From: Chiloscyllium plagiosum
Taxonomy: Eukaryota
Assembly (NCBI RefSeq): GCF_004010195.1
Contig: NC_057719.1
Coordinates: 21,342,418-21,406,417 of the forward strand
Direction of reading: 5' to 3'
Length of the DNA stretch: 64,000 nucleotides
The notes beneath the pieces are model-generated. The model made no database searches and was not told the DNA's origin. It saw only the letters and a list, made by a program, of their open reading frames with translations. Made by a program: the position numbers and the translations under genes. Positions within the stretch are counted from its first letter, which is position 1. Every line of letters begins with the position of its first letter. Positions 25,540 through 38,898 of this stretch are shown here, one piece after another.

Positions 25540-27350
25540 CAATACTATCATGGCACATATCCCACTCAGTCACAAGTCAGTTCTCTATCTCAATGCCACA
25601 CTTTGCAGCAGTATTGTAGTGTTGCTGCCAGGACATTTTTTTCAGACAGGGATTCACAACCACTTCATGGTTTTGACCAGGCTGCATCTCAGGATCTCGC
25701 TTTCACTTTCTTAGTTCTCATTCACTTTACACTTACTTGGATGCTCACAGCATCTATGCCTTGCTGCACTTTGAACCCCCACCATAGCTTTCAGCGCTGC
25801 TGTCTTGTTTTACAGCTTAACACCACCTTCTCAAGGTAACTTGTGATGGGCAACAAATCCTGGCCCAGCCAGTGATGCCATCATCTCATGAATGAATATT
25901 TTCTAAAATTTAGCACAGACGCAAATCCATGCAGCTTATCACATTTGTCAGCAATCATCAGTCACGGAGGTGGACATATTGTTTTATGGTGCTGTGTTAT
26001 ATCAATCTCATACCTGCACAATGTAACAGCATTTTATGCGGAAAGCACAACATATGCTTCAATCAACGGCCATTTCTCAAAGTCTGTGGGGAGCAGTTCT
26101 CATTCAGGCTCAGGAAGATAGCCTTCATTCAGTGGTTGTCAACACAGGGAAGTCAAGGTCTTCATCCAATAGCAGCCCTAGTGTTTAGATACTGGCAGTT
26201 GGCCACTTGCGGGTAGTCAGAGTCATGGAGTTCAAATCAACACAGACTGAGGAGTGAGCCACAGTCAGTCCTGCAGGTCCACTGCAGCAAGTCCAGGAAG
26301 TCACATTAAATCAGTCAGGAAACTACACAGAGATCAGTCAGGGGTCTGTCAGTCATCAGTCAGGATTGTCCATCCAAGTCTGTCCTGGGGATCAGTTTAA
26401 TAAAAATTAAAGTGGTTTAACAGTGCCCCGTTGCTGTGGTAAAGAAGTTGGGGAAGTCATCATGATGTTTGGAGACTGCTCCCTGCAATGTAGGGGATAA
26501 TAATAGTGATGGGGAAAAACTCATCGCATATCAGGGGAAAATGATAATGCTTTGATGAACATTGGTCACTGTGGTATGGTGGGTGGGGATTAGTCAGGTA
26601 GACAATGATGGTCAAAATCACTCTGTGGACAGTGCAGCCCAATGGTTGGCATGATTAATTTGTGTAAGCTTACAAGCTCTATTCTACCCTGGGTAATGTG
26701 CACCCACAGCTCACAGACTGGACAGGCTACATCTCTGGCTTGTTGGCTTGCTTTCCTAGCCACTCACTCATTTTAAGCCTCCCTGGATGCTCGCAGCATC
26801 CCTGTCTTGCCTTGACTTTCTGCACCTTGCTCCTCAGCCAGAGTTATCAGTCTTGCAAAACTGCTACCTTGCTTTGCCACTTCACACTGACACAAAACCA
26901 GAAAGCATATCATGGTTGTCAGCAGCTCCTTGTCAATTCAAGCAGAATAGATTTTGCTCAGGGGTTTCTGGCACAGTAGGTCAAGAGCAGCCTCCCATAT
27001 CAATTGAGGGGCTTGATCATAGTCAGTCAGCCGCATGGGGTTGTCAGAATTGGGGTCTTCTCCTCATAAGGAGTGTGGAGCAGAATGTTGAGCAGCCCAC
27101 TATTTATCTTGACTTTTTGTGGCCTCTTGTGGGATATTTTCCTCCTGGAATGATAGAGACTGGGAGGTATTAAGGGTCACCTGCATGAGTGGATGAGAGC
27201 GAGTGAAGAAAGATGTTGCAGGCAATAATGAAAGTGGTAGACCACTATGCTTGGTGAAATGTGGGCACAGTAGCAGAGAGTGTGAGCGAGAGGAATTGGA
27301 AAAAAGATCATCGCAGTTACACTGATGAAGTGAAGAAGTCATTGACATGC
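25540..27350. mobile_element. Possible second Harbinger fossil (transposase remnants on -, Myb/SANT-like remnant on +)
   Basis: Minus strand near 25590-25670 gives KWL*IPV and QQHYNTAA..IE; near 26070-26115 FLSLNENC. Plus strand near 27262-27350 gives W..VAESVSER...KK. All heavily decayed. Confidence 0.4.
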
Positions 27351-27453
27351 TTCCTATGGTACTGCACTTTCCTCTAAATAGCTGAGATTTCAGGGAAGCA
27401 GATAGTAACCTAAGAGCAGGCTGGCATGGTCCAATGTGGCACCCCTCCGCATT

Positions 27454-27772
27454 GCGGCATGGTGGCTCAGTGGTTAGCACTGCTGCCTCTCAGCACCAGG
27501 GCCTTAGGTTCGATTCCAGCCTCAGGCGACTGTCTGTGTGGAGTTTGCACATTCTCCCAATGACTGCGTGGGTTTCCTCTGGGTGCTCCAGTTTCCTCCC
27601 ACAGTCCAAAGATATGCCGGCCAGGTGAATTGGCTTTGCTAAATTGCCCATAGTGTTAGGTGCATCAATCAGAGGGAAACTGTCTGGGTGGGTTACTCTT
27701 CGGAGGGTCAGTGTGGACTGGTTGGGCTGAAGGGCCTGTTTCCACACTATAGGGAATCTAATCTGATCTAAT
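27454..27772 (+). mobile_element. HE1-type V-SINE, full length
   Basis: A box TGGCTCAGTGG, B box GGTTCGATTCC, V-domain and tail. Confidence 0.92.
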
Positions 27773-28287
27773 CAAGTTCTGGGGGAAAGAGGACATGCTA
27801 GCTCTGACCACCCATCCACCAGTACCTCCAAGTCTCTGCCCACAAAGCAAGATACTAACTTTCCATTTCTGCCATGCCTGGAGCAAATGTATGGAATAAA
27901 TCAACACAGTTCTAGAGTGACCAGGTGCACAAGAGCCTTTTAGAGATGCCACTGGTACCATGCATGCTGGACCATTCCGGAATCTCTGATATGCTGGCAG
28001 TGGTGGGTTGTTTTGGGTACAGCGAGTGATAAGATGGGCTGGAATCAGGCAAGAGAGGCTCTTTGAGGCACATTTCTTAACATTTCACCAAAGAACCCTC
28101 GAGGCTTCATGGAGTGAAACCTTCCTTGAAACTTGAAGAAACTGATATTTTGTCAAAAAAATGTAAAGTTCAGCCCATTGGTATTTTTCTAATATTACCA
28201 AATTGGGTCATTAGTAGATTTTCATAAATCTTTCTCTTTTGCTGATTTCTACCACTGATCTTGGAGACAAAAAAAAAATGCAAAAAG

Positions 28288-28680
28288 TTCATTTACATTT
28301 AAATTGTGCTTTTAAGCATACTCAGGGCATCCCATAGCCCATGAATTACTTTTGAAGGATTTCCAATTTAGTTTTCAAGATGACACATAATTTGCAGACT
28401 GCAGTGTCTCAAAAGCAGCAAAGAGATGAATGGTCAGTAAATCGTTCTGGCTGATACACATTGAAGGGTACAAGGAGAACATGCCTCCTTTTCTTCAAAT
28501 AGTATCACATGATCCTTAATGTCAATCATTAAGTTTACAAACCCTTCAAAGAAGATATCTTGAAACGAAAACACTCCCTGGTTCCGTACTGAAGAAGCAG
28601 CCTAAGATTACACTCTCAATGTCTTAAGTAAGATTGAATCCACATATTTCTCACTGAGACAAGGGGCAGAAGTGTTGCCC
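28288..28680 (-). mobile_element. Old DeuSINE-like (SacSINE1-like) element
   Basis: The order of remnant blocks resembles the shark DeuSINE as I recall it, including CTTCAAATAGTATCACATGATC, CACTCCCTGGTTCCGTACTGAAG, CAGCCTAAGATTA and a B-box-like TTGAATCC. Not database-verified. Confidence 0.55.
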
Positions 28681-30372
28681 TGTTATGGGGGCAAGAACAG
28701 AGGCAGATGGGCATGTAATTTCATATTCTGTCCTTGTGTCGGTTAGTGTCCTGCATCCAGGCCATTTTCCGAGAAGTAGAGTTGGGGACAGCAGCGTTAC
28801 CTGCCTTCAAGTGAAAATTATCCAAATAGAATTTGTTTAAGACCAACGTTCAGAGGTGAACTGGAATTTTTCAACCAATCTGCAGTCTCTTGACTGTCGG
28901 AGAAGCAAGACATGTGCCATAGTGGCCAATCGAGAGGAAAGCTCTTTGTGTGGCCTGTTTGGCAAGAGTGGTGGCCTGGCAGTGTAGCCATTTTTCTTCA
29001 TTCAAACATCTTTAAAATTGTTGGGTGGTTGCTTCGAGATGTAAGTGCCCTCTTTACCTGCAATAACAGCTGCACTCTATTCATGATGAAGATCTCCCTA
29101 TCGAATCCTCAAGAGGCTGGCCATTGTGGACATTGCATGCACTTTGGGAAATCACTGTTCGATGACTGGTCTCAAACATAATGTGGCAGGAATCAGAACC
29201 CTATGGGGGCATCACAACTCACAGCTATGTGTCTGGGCTGCGAATGGCATCAGAAAAGTTCTTGTTGAAATGTTTAAGTCCTGATTAAAACCTCTGTTAA
29301 TGGAATGCACAGATATTGCAGATGAATACGTTAATTACTTGTACATCAATAATAATGTCTAGGCTTTGTACTGAGAGGCTGACAATTTGAATTCATTTTT
29401 ATCCCCCAGAATTACTTTGTAACCATCTTAAACTTTTAATTGATTGTCCAGTAACCAATTATTCAATTTAAACTATACTGTGGATCCACACTGTCCAACT
29501 AGCCCAGGGAAATCGTATCAATCAAGCCTCTGATTTTAAGGTTATTAAAATAAATAAATAGAAATATAAGTAAATAAATAAGAGTCTGCCTGCGATTTTC
29601 CAATATGCGTCATCAGTGAACAAGGTTTCCCAAAAACAGCTCGATTATTGATAAGTGCACTAAATGTACCCAACATGCCAGAGAAAGACAAAAATGCAAG
29701 ATGCTGTAGTTTATACCGAACTGTCTCTCCATTAGATTAAAGGTTGATCTAATTCACAAGCAGTAATGAAACAAATAGATATAACCTAAATGTTTATACT
29801 TGACCAGTATCAACTGAAATCCTGATTTACTATTTATGGTTCCTTCATTTTGTAGCTGTGTTGTCTTTAATTCCTGTGGGTCAATAAAGCCTAGGACTGT
29901 TTGATGAAATTTTTAATTAGAAGCTTGAAGCAATTCAAGTGAGGTCCCATCACATACCTGATTTCATTACACATGTAGTAGTGATAGTGACAATGCAATT
30001 AAAAAGTCAAGAGCTTTTCTCCACATGCTACATCAAAGTACTACAAATGCATTCCCCAGCTTATGAAGTCTTGCATAATTTCTAAAGCTATGTAATTTTA
30101 TTAATGTCTATCTCAGTCCTGTTCCAACTCATCGAGTAGATTTCACTTATTTTACTGTCATAATCTGACACAAAGATATATACTTTGGAGCTTCTTTCAG
30201 ACTCAATGCCTGTTACTTACTTTATGTAGATCAGTGATTTCAGTAGGCAAAGGATATGTCCAGATGCATGAACAGTAATGTGGCTGTGAGGAATGTCATT
30301 ATGATCCCAACGAGATGAACTACAGTGGTTCAAGGCAGCTCACCATCTCCTTCTCAAGGACAACTAGGAATG

Positions 30373-30619
30373 CTATAATGTTATAAAGTAGTATCAAATC
30401 AACATTTCCTATCTTACTGTAATGTTAACCCTTTAATGTTGTTCTATTTTTAACTTATTTTTCAATTCTGTGTAATGCAAATACTTTTATTCCCCTGCTG
30501 TACCCAAGACTTATACCTAGGTACCTAAGACGACGCCATAAGAAGGCAGATATTGTAAAAGCTTTTCACTATACCCCTACAATGGAGTACACATGACAAT
30601 AAAGATATTGTATTCTATT
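30373..30619 (+). mobile_element. Short element with a Rex1-type 3' tail, inserted into a LINE tail
   Basis: Ends CTTTTCACT...GTACACATGACAATAAA plus TATTG/TATTC repeats. 5-bp repeat GAATG at 30368-30372 and 30620-30624. The flanks rejoin into the tail seen at 43090-43185. Confidence 0.65.
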
Positions 30620-33600
30620 GAATGGGCAATAGATGTTGGCCAGCCAGTGATGCCTACAGCCCAGGAATAAATAAAAGAGACCAATACATTAAAAGAAAAA
30701 ATCTCAAAAGACACCAATGGGTTATTTTGGGATTTGTTTCAGACAAGTACATCCCTCTCATTAAGATGCCATTAATAAACACATATTTCAAGCAATTATA
30801 TCTTTCCTTTCTTTATTGTTTACATAATTCTATTCATATAATTCTTGACTGTATTTCCCCAACTGCGATAAATCAAATCAGAAACTGAGCATTTTACTTT
30901 ACTGATTTGGGTGACCCAAGGCAGCACTTTCATTTATTTGTGCCTGTTAAGTACATTCTTCAATTTTTGAAGATATCCACAAGGGATTTATTTAGGTTCC
31001 TCTGGATCTGCTATGAGTTCAGTAGCTGATTCATGGAAACCCTGGACAAACAATGGATTCCCAGTCAACGATCTTCCCCTGATTTTACAGTAATTTATTC
31101 AGAAGCACCCCAAGGGACATTCACACCATTATTTATATGCAACAACTAACACTGTCAAGCCCATGTGAATAATGTATTTTTATGACTATTGTCCAAGGAT
31201 GAGTTAGAGTCTAAATTACCAACACTGTGACAGTCATCACGAATCCAGCACTTATCTTCACTTTCCAGCACCTTCCTGCTACTCTTAAAACTAAACTGTG
31301 TCAGCTTTAATAATACTTTCCAGCCCTTCCAGGAGTGTGAACAGATGACATAAACCTGATTTAAAAGAACTCTCATTTGAAAGTGTCCGTTATAATATTG
31401 CTACCAAATGGTATGTAATTTTGTGCTGTGAATTTACAAGAACCTGTCTAATTTGCGCATACTGATCATTGTCCAATAAAATATAGTTTCTGTTTACTCT
31501 ACGAGTACATTTCATAACTGTAATTCAACACTGAATGTCCAATAGCTGACTCAGTCGGGATGATTCCATAATCTGGTTCTTGGCAAGTGGAAAAGGGAAA
31601 TTACAAAACAGTAGACGTGGCATTCTATTCCTTAAGATGAATGTATAGAAAGTCAAACATTGCATACTGTTGTTTCAGATGCATGTATTGTGAGAAATGC
31701 TGCTGCTACGCACAGTCATGGTTCAAACTTGAAATCCTGAAAAGGTCACTGTTACATATGGAGATTACTATTTTCAAAACCGGGCAACATTTTTCTTTTA
31801 TGCATCTTCATTATATTTCACTTTAAGAAAGGCTTACTTTAATATAGAAAATAATACACACTGTATATAAATTTAGATCTATATTTATATGCAATCGCAA
31901 ACATCATTATACAATGATCTCTACATATGTATATACTGATATAGAATATTTATATGAAGCATTTAATTTCATTTTTTTTGAAAACCAGGAGGAAGGACAG
32001 AAAACCTTCTCTCAGAACCCTGATTACAAAAAAACTCCAGCCTGAAAAATACCTACCACTTTAATTTAGAAGCAGACCTCCCTTCCACCATAGAAATGGG
32101 ATTAAAACAGATTTCAAGCATATCAAAATGTCATTGACTCCAGAAAATAGGACATGGTCACGACTGCATCATGCCACAGACTGAACAACATTTCTGGCAA
32201 TAGATATTAGTCATATCAAGAGACTCTACAAATGTTTACAGTTTTAACTAAAACAAGCAAATCATAAACATGTGGAAGATGAATACAGCTTGTATTTACC
32301 AATTCAATATCTATAAGTACATTTTGCATCATGTCCTGGAAACAAATGTCACTTATTACCAAAAATTATGGAAAACAAACTCCATGGAACAGTGGTAACA
32401 GTATCTAATATATTTCTAGTACTTATTCATTCAGGCACCTATTTTTATTCACAATTATACTTTGAATTAGACAGCTGACTGTGATGGGAATCTTGTCTGA
32501 AGAATTCAAGCTGCAAGTGGCTTTCGGAGATCAAGTTGATGTTTTCCCTTTTTCTTTGCACATTCCTGCTGAGGATTAAAGCAAGCTTGTTATTAAATGT
32601 AATCAATTTGAAAGCCTGCTGTTTGGAATATGTAGGAGCAGAGAAAATGGGCCCTGATAGAAGGAGCTAAACTCCTGGATGGGACTTACATTTAATGCTG
32701 GTTTTTCCTATTTTATTTGAGCAAAAACCTTCAATTCATTAGATAAAGTTGTTTCAGGCAGAAAGATGTATATACAAATAAATCTTGATTCCATAACAAA
32801 ATTCATCCAAGTCCTCATCAAATGCAGATTTACTGTCGTTTTCTTGATAAGTGCCTGCTTGTCATTTTAATGTAGACCTAATGTAGACCCAATCCCATAG
32901 GACTTATCACCATTTGCAATGCTTCAGATAGGAAAGCTAAATATTAATTTAAGCTAAACTTGGATAATGTCTAAGCTGCAGCCATCAAGTAAAAAGTAAA
33001 CTTGTCTCCAAAAAGATCTCCAAAACGTTTCCTATCATCATATCAAAAGAGTTACATATTTGACCAGGCGGTGGATTTCAACGTATCTACAATAGCAAGA
33101 CAGAGACTGGGAAATCGATGATGATTCTCCCATCTCCTTATTGTCCGTGGTTCCTCATGTCAGGAATGCAACGGAATTCTTAATGTGATTGAGGCTGAAA
33201 GGACAGATTAAAAAGCCTGGCATCATGTGGAGCAAAGCAGTTCTCATCCCGAGGAATCAATATTCTTCTTCTCTACAAATGATGTGTTTTTCTTGCACTA
33301 TACGTGATCTAAAAGATGCACTTCAGTAAATTGACTTCTTCCCTGGCTACTCGACTGCTAAAGAACAACAATGTCAAGGGACTGTCATTACCACAAGGTT
33401 CCCTCAAGTTACATAGTGACATGGCATTTTATTGCTTCTTGATTATTGCAAGGTTAAAGCCATGCAAATTCTTATCTAATGTAGGATCTTCATCATCACA
33501 AAACCTCAAGGAGGAAGACAACCATCATTTTTAGGGTAACTAGGGATGAATGATGGACATAGGCTAGAGGCAATGACTAAATCTTGAGAACACATGACAA

Positions 33601-34289
33601 ACAAATGCAGATCTTTTGCCAAAGATTTCCACTGAAGTTGGAAATTCATACATGGAACTTGATGGAAGAATCAACTAAACACTAAATTTAGTGTTTAGTT
33701 CTCGCAAACTTTGAACTAAATTTCAGTTCCTCCCATCTAAGTAAGATGATTTACACGCAACAAATCTAATTGCAATGAGATAGCTTCTGTCTCTGATTTG
33801 GTTGAGTCAGCATTTCAATGTATTATCAGTATTCTGCCAACATCAACGAATGTAGCTATTGCCAGCTAAACCAGACATGACTGTGCTGTTACAGTGATCA
33901 TCATGATGAAAACCTTATGAATAATAATTGTCTAAAGGTGAGTTCTGAAGGTTTCAAGTAATGGAGCTGTCACTGTTTTCTTTACAAGTTGTGGAATCAC
34001 CTTGGAAAGAAAGATTGTTGGTGCACTATCTTATACACAAATGGTGTTTGTCATTTGTGTCAATGCCTACCTCATGTTTTAGCATTGCTGGAGAGCCCGA
34101 GTGCTTCTTTTGTCAATTCTGACCAGTTGTGTCCACATTTTGTAGAACATGGTCAGTCTACCTTTCTCCGTTCATTGTAATTGTGATTCCCATTCCAAAT
34201 GTTTTGATCAAGCTGGTGACCCTGGCCTATTTTCTATATTGATTGTGAAGAATCATGCTAGACACTCAAGATGTCTTCAATCTTATTCA

Positions 34290-34856
34290 TATAGAGTTAT
34301 AATCGTAGAGTCATACAGCATGACAACAGACCCTTCAGTCCAAACATTCCACACTGGCCATAAACTCAAACTGAAGTAGTCCCACCTGCCTGCTCTTGGC
34401 CCATATCCCACTAAACATTTCTAATGTGTGTACTTATCCAAATGCCTTTTAAACTTTGTAACTGTACCTGCACCCATTACTTCCTCTGGAAATTCATTCC
34501 ATACACAAACCACTCTCTGTGTAAATAAGATGTTCCCTCATGTCTTTTTAAATCTTTCTCCTCTCAACTTAAAACTATGCCCTAGTCTTGATATCCCCTA
34601 CCCTAGGTAAAAGACATCTGCCATTTAACTTATCTATAGCTGTCATGACTTTATAAACCTCTGTAAGGTCACCCCTCAACCTCCCAAGCTCCAGTAAAAA
34701 AGCCCAACCTATCCAGCCTGTCCTTGTAACTCAAGCCCTCCATTCCCGTAAATATCCTGGTAAATCTTTTCTGAACCCTCTCCAGCTTAATAATATCCTT
34801 CCTATAACAGAGCAACCAGAACTGGGCACAGTACCCCAGACAAAGCCTCAATAACA
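34290..34856 (-). mobile_element. CR1/HER1-like LINE 3' fragment
   Basis: YCAQFW...DIIKLERVQKRFTR (ORF 34669-34857) and tail. Confidence 0.88.
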
Positions 34857-34891
34857 TTTCCTAACATATTTCCCTATATATATACATACAT

Positions 34892-35116
34892 GCTGAAAAT
34901 GTGTTGCTGGAAAAGCGCAGCAGGTCAGCAGCATCTAAGGAACAGGAGAATCGACGTTTCGGGCATAAGCCCTTCTTCAGGATTCCTGAAGAAGGGTTTA
35001 TGCCCGAAACATCGATACTCCTGTTCCTTGGATGCTGCCTGACCTGCTGCGCTTTTCCAGCAACACATTTTCAGCTCTGATCTCCAGCATCTGCAGTCCT
35101 CATTTTCTCCTCGAAG
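34892..35116. mobile_element. Palindromic head-to-head pLTR pair (PLE family A) with two hammerhead motifs
   Basis: Arms of ~90 bp (34892-34982, 34984-35075) with a 1-nt spacer; the right arm is extended by ~40 nt. ATACATGC is repeated at 34886-34893 and 35121-35128. Confidence 0.92.
34947..34986 (-). ncRNA. Minimal hammerhead ribozyme motif with fully paired stem I
   Basis: ggaauc-CUGAAGA-A-GGGC uuau GCCC-GAAAC-GUC-gauucu: stem I has 5 Watson-Crick pairs plus a G-U pair. Confidence 0.82.
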
Positions 35117-36529
35117 ATATATACATGCATCTCAATATTTTTAACATATAATGCATAACAAATACACTAAGAATAGATTATCATAATTTGATAAACTGTA
35201 CCTCTGATATTTTTGTTACAAGACCAAAGTTTCCACCTCATAAACCTGTTGTCTATATTTGCTTTGTATGTTATCTACCGAATGTGGAACCTGAAAAATT
35301 AAAGATTGTTTTTAAGATGAATCCTCAGATAAGGTTTTGAATCCATCAAATGGAGGATTTGATTCTAGAATCTTAAATGATCTGTTCATGGATCCAGTCT
35401 CTTGTCGATGTGCATGCCTGGGCATTTCTTTGGAATTTTCAAAAGATCATCTTGCAATGAATTAATGTGACCTTGACTTTTACTGGATGCCTTGACCACA
35501 GAGTCAACTGTAAATGGCAGCAGTGTGTTTTTTTTTTAATTGTTGAGAAGGTGATTTATGTTTGCCAAAATGAGTCAAGGCCTTTAAAGCACTTCTTTGA
35601 GGTTCTTCAGAGATGATTGCTCTTGAAGAGCATGACTACCCATTATATACTATTCTTTGTCTTCAGCAACTGCAGAGAGAAACAGAGTGAACGTTTTGAG
35701 TTCAATATGGCTCTTCTATGGTTCCGTGTTTGTCACCCTTATTGTCACCAGCATCTGCAATAATTTGTTTGTACTCATTGTCTTTTACTGTCTAGGAAAT
35801 GTAAAGTCCATTTTAATAATTTCCCCCTAACTTCTTGGGATTAAAGTTTGAGCAAAAACTTTTCATGAAGAGATTTGTCCAAGATCTATTACAAATCCAG
35901 AATTTTCATGTGAATGGTTTCCTATCTTTTGAGATTTGAAGCTCTTCAAAAGTCTGTATTGATGTGGTATTTGGCAAGTCTTTCTGTTCAAACATGATGC
36001 TGACCATCTACATTAGGAGTTTCAAAGTGCTGGCATGAGAATGAACACATTGTTCAAACAATTTAGAAATGATGCTGATGATAGATACCAGACTGTAGTT
36101 TAATGATTGCCTTTTATCCTTTTTTTTGAATTTGTGGTAAATGTTAAATTGTTTCCACTGGTATGCAGCTGATTGACTCCTGAAATAGATTGGTTAAATT
36201 GGAGCAAATTAATTAGCTGCTAATGTTAAGATGTAGGGAGTTAGTACACAACTTTAATCAACATTATTCTTGCAAGGATTTGTAAACCTTTAGCTGCTCA
36301 TGATCTTTTAGGAATGATGTCAGCACCACAGATCCGAGGGTACTCTGACAATGGCGAGTACTTGCAGTTATAATTAGTGGGAGAACTGAACTTGTATCAG
36401 CTGAGAGGGGTGGTGTGGAGTCTGGTATGTAGTTAATGAAACAGGTTTGCTCTGCTTCACGGAGGCAAACCCTCCATGAAACTCAATGAAACAACATTGA
36501 GCCAATTACCAGTAAGATTTTGATCTTAA

Positions 36530-37040
36530 AGTATCCAACATGAAATGTGATTCCACAATTGGACAACACTTGCTAAAGAATCTAGATAGTGCTCAGAATC
36601 ACCCTACCAATTAAGATTCTCAGTCGAGCTTGCAATGATTCTTACGCATTCAAGGTAGAAGCCAGCTAGACTCCCATGCAGAACCCTCTGCAAATAGAAA
36701 TAACTTGTTTGTGCATTGAACATTTTTCATTTAAAACAAGTTTGGGGTTTGGAGGCAACAATTTCCTGGTGTACTCCCCATAGAAATATCTTGACCAGTC
36801 AGAGGCAACGTGCCTGCTTTGCATTTAAATAAATTGTTCGCAGTTAAACTGTTCGTTTGTGTATTTTTAATTGAAACACCACTGTCAATAACAATCCATT
36901 CGACAACTTTTAATCATTATCTTTTCCTGCAATACAAATTGTTGTTTCCTCTGAAATTTTAGATTCTTGTGTTTGTCTTGATGTTTATAGGACACAAAGC
37001 TTTCATAGCATCTCCCTTTTTCAGCAATTCTCAAATTTTA
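36530..37040 (+). mobile_element. Very old PLE 3' fragment (family E)
   Basis: DSTIGQHLLKN...KILSRACN...KVEA resembles a GIY-YIG C-terminus. The downstream 36925-37035 segment resembles 47395-47515. Confidence 0.5.
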
Positions 37041-38003
37041 TACTCCTAACAGCTGGAAGCTAAAAGTAGAGAATAGAATTTTATCAGTGAGAGTATTTTG
37101 TTCTATAGTGAAGTCTGCAATAGATATTTAAGAATATTATTTTATCTTATCTCAGCATGGGTCCTGAGGTTTGGTCATGGTGTACTAGATGATTTGGCAT
37201 GGATGGTATAAGGGTAAATGGGTGTGAGTGGGGGCATGATTCTCATAGGTTTGCACTTAGTTGATGTAGGAATTCTGAAGAGTTGTGGGTTAGCATGAAA
37301 GATATGGAGAAATGGGGGTAGGGATTAGCGAAGGATTTACGCATGCATTAGACGGGGAATAGGGAGTATGAGTGTTTAAGGGGTGATGGTGGAAAGTCAG
37401 AGAACTGTTTAAGTAATGATGCACCAAAGTAAGCCTTCTATCAAGCCAACCTCCACACCCAGCTACCTCTGTACTGTTTCCATGATCATCCATTGTACCT
37501 CCCTGAAAATTGGGCCTCTATGGAACAAAGCTCCCAACTTCTGGGGCACTTTCTCCAGATATGGGGTTGTGAAGCTGGGAATTCTCCCATCACTGAGCAT
37601 CAGTCTGGAAGCGAAAATCTGGGGCATAATCTTTCCCTGCTTTACTGAGTAATGGACTTTATGTGTAATGTATTTTTGTTCTCGGTTTAAGAGACCAATC
37701 TGGACAAGGCAGGTTTTGCCTCAATTTTGTCTACGAAAAGCTGTGTATATGCCTATGCTGCATATAATTGCTATCAGTGTCTGCAGCCAGTAATCATAGT
37801 AACTCAAGCAAACCCACAGGCAATGTTCCTCTCATGTTTGCTATTGTCTCCTTTAGTGTCGATGATGAGGACTTTGATCTCACATTTGCAACATTGTGAG
37901 GCATCCAAATGCTCTCAGATGCCAGCTACTTTCTTATCCGGAATATTCTTGGCAATGAATACCTGCCTACCTCCCACAACCCTTCAATTACTGATTAACC
38001 ATC

Positions 38004-38228
38004 ATAATTTGGAGATGCCAGTGTTGGACTGGGGTATACAAAGTTAAAAATCACACAACACCAGGTTATAGTCTAACTTGTTTAATTGGAGGCACTAGCT
38101 TTCGGAGCGCTGCTCCTTCATCAGGTGGTGGCACACAACCACCAGATGAAGGAGCAGCGCTCCGAAAGCTAGTGCTTCCAATTAAACCTGTTGGACTATA
38201 ACCTGGTGTTGTGTGATTTTTAACTTTG
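38004..38228. mobile_element. Inverted pLTR pair (PLE family B) in a decayed LINE fragment
   Basis: Arms of ~90 bp around a short spacer; the left arm has a ~35-nt extension. Imperfect TSD TGATTAA(C/A)CATC (37992-38003, 38227-38238). Confidence 0.9.
38093..38127 (-). ncRNA. Minimal hammerhead ribozyme motif (family B)
   Basis: cac-CUGAUGA-A-GGAGC agc GCUCC-GAAA-GC-UA-gug: palindromic AGCU, CUA triplet, stem I cac/gug. Confidence 0.8.
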
Positions 38229-38898
38229 ATTAAACATCTGTCTCTTTCCTCTTTAAATGTATTATTTTTCCCATCTTAGACCACACTCTGGTGCAGTCAA
38301 CTCACAGCTTCATGACCCTTTGAAAGAAGTAACTCATCCTCATCTCTGTAACTAAATCTGCCACCCCATAGCCAAACACTATCACCTCTTCTTTCAGATT
38401 GCCCACAAGGGGAACCATCCACTGTACATCTACTTTATGAATTCCCATAATCATCTTATTTATCTCAATTTGATCTCCTCTCATCCCTTTAACTCTCGCG
38501 CACATAGGCCTAAACTGCTCAATTTCACCTCATCAAACAAGCCTTTCATTTCTAAGCTCAGCCTACACTGCTCATTTTTTTCCTTATAAGACAAGCCTTT
38601 CCTCTCTGTTAACCATTTGTTGAATATATTATTGAGTTAATGTACACAACACACATAGATGGAAGGTAAAGAAAAATTATCACTCTTATAGAATCAGAGA
38701 ATGGTTGGATCACATAAGCAAGCACCTGTACCTTTCCTAAAGTGCCATGCCCAAATCCGGACACAACATTCCACTTGAGGATGAATCAGCATGTTATAAG
38801 GCTCAATATAACTGGGGCTTTTGCCCAAAACATTGATTTTCCTGCTCTTCGGATGTTGTCTGACCTGCTGTGTTTTTCCAGTACTACTCTAATCTTGA

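Noticed and set aside
34892..35116. DNA-transposon MITE interpretation of the inverted pairs
   Set aside because: TSD lengths vary, the arms are unequal, and the arm sequence is the pLTR attached to GIY-YIG/RT ORFs elsewhere in the window.
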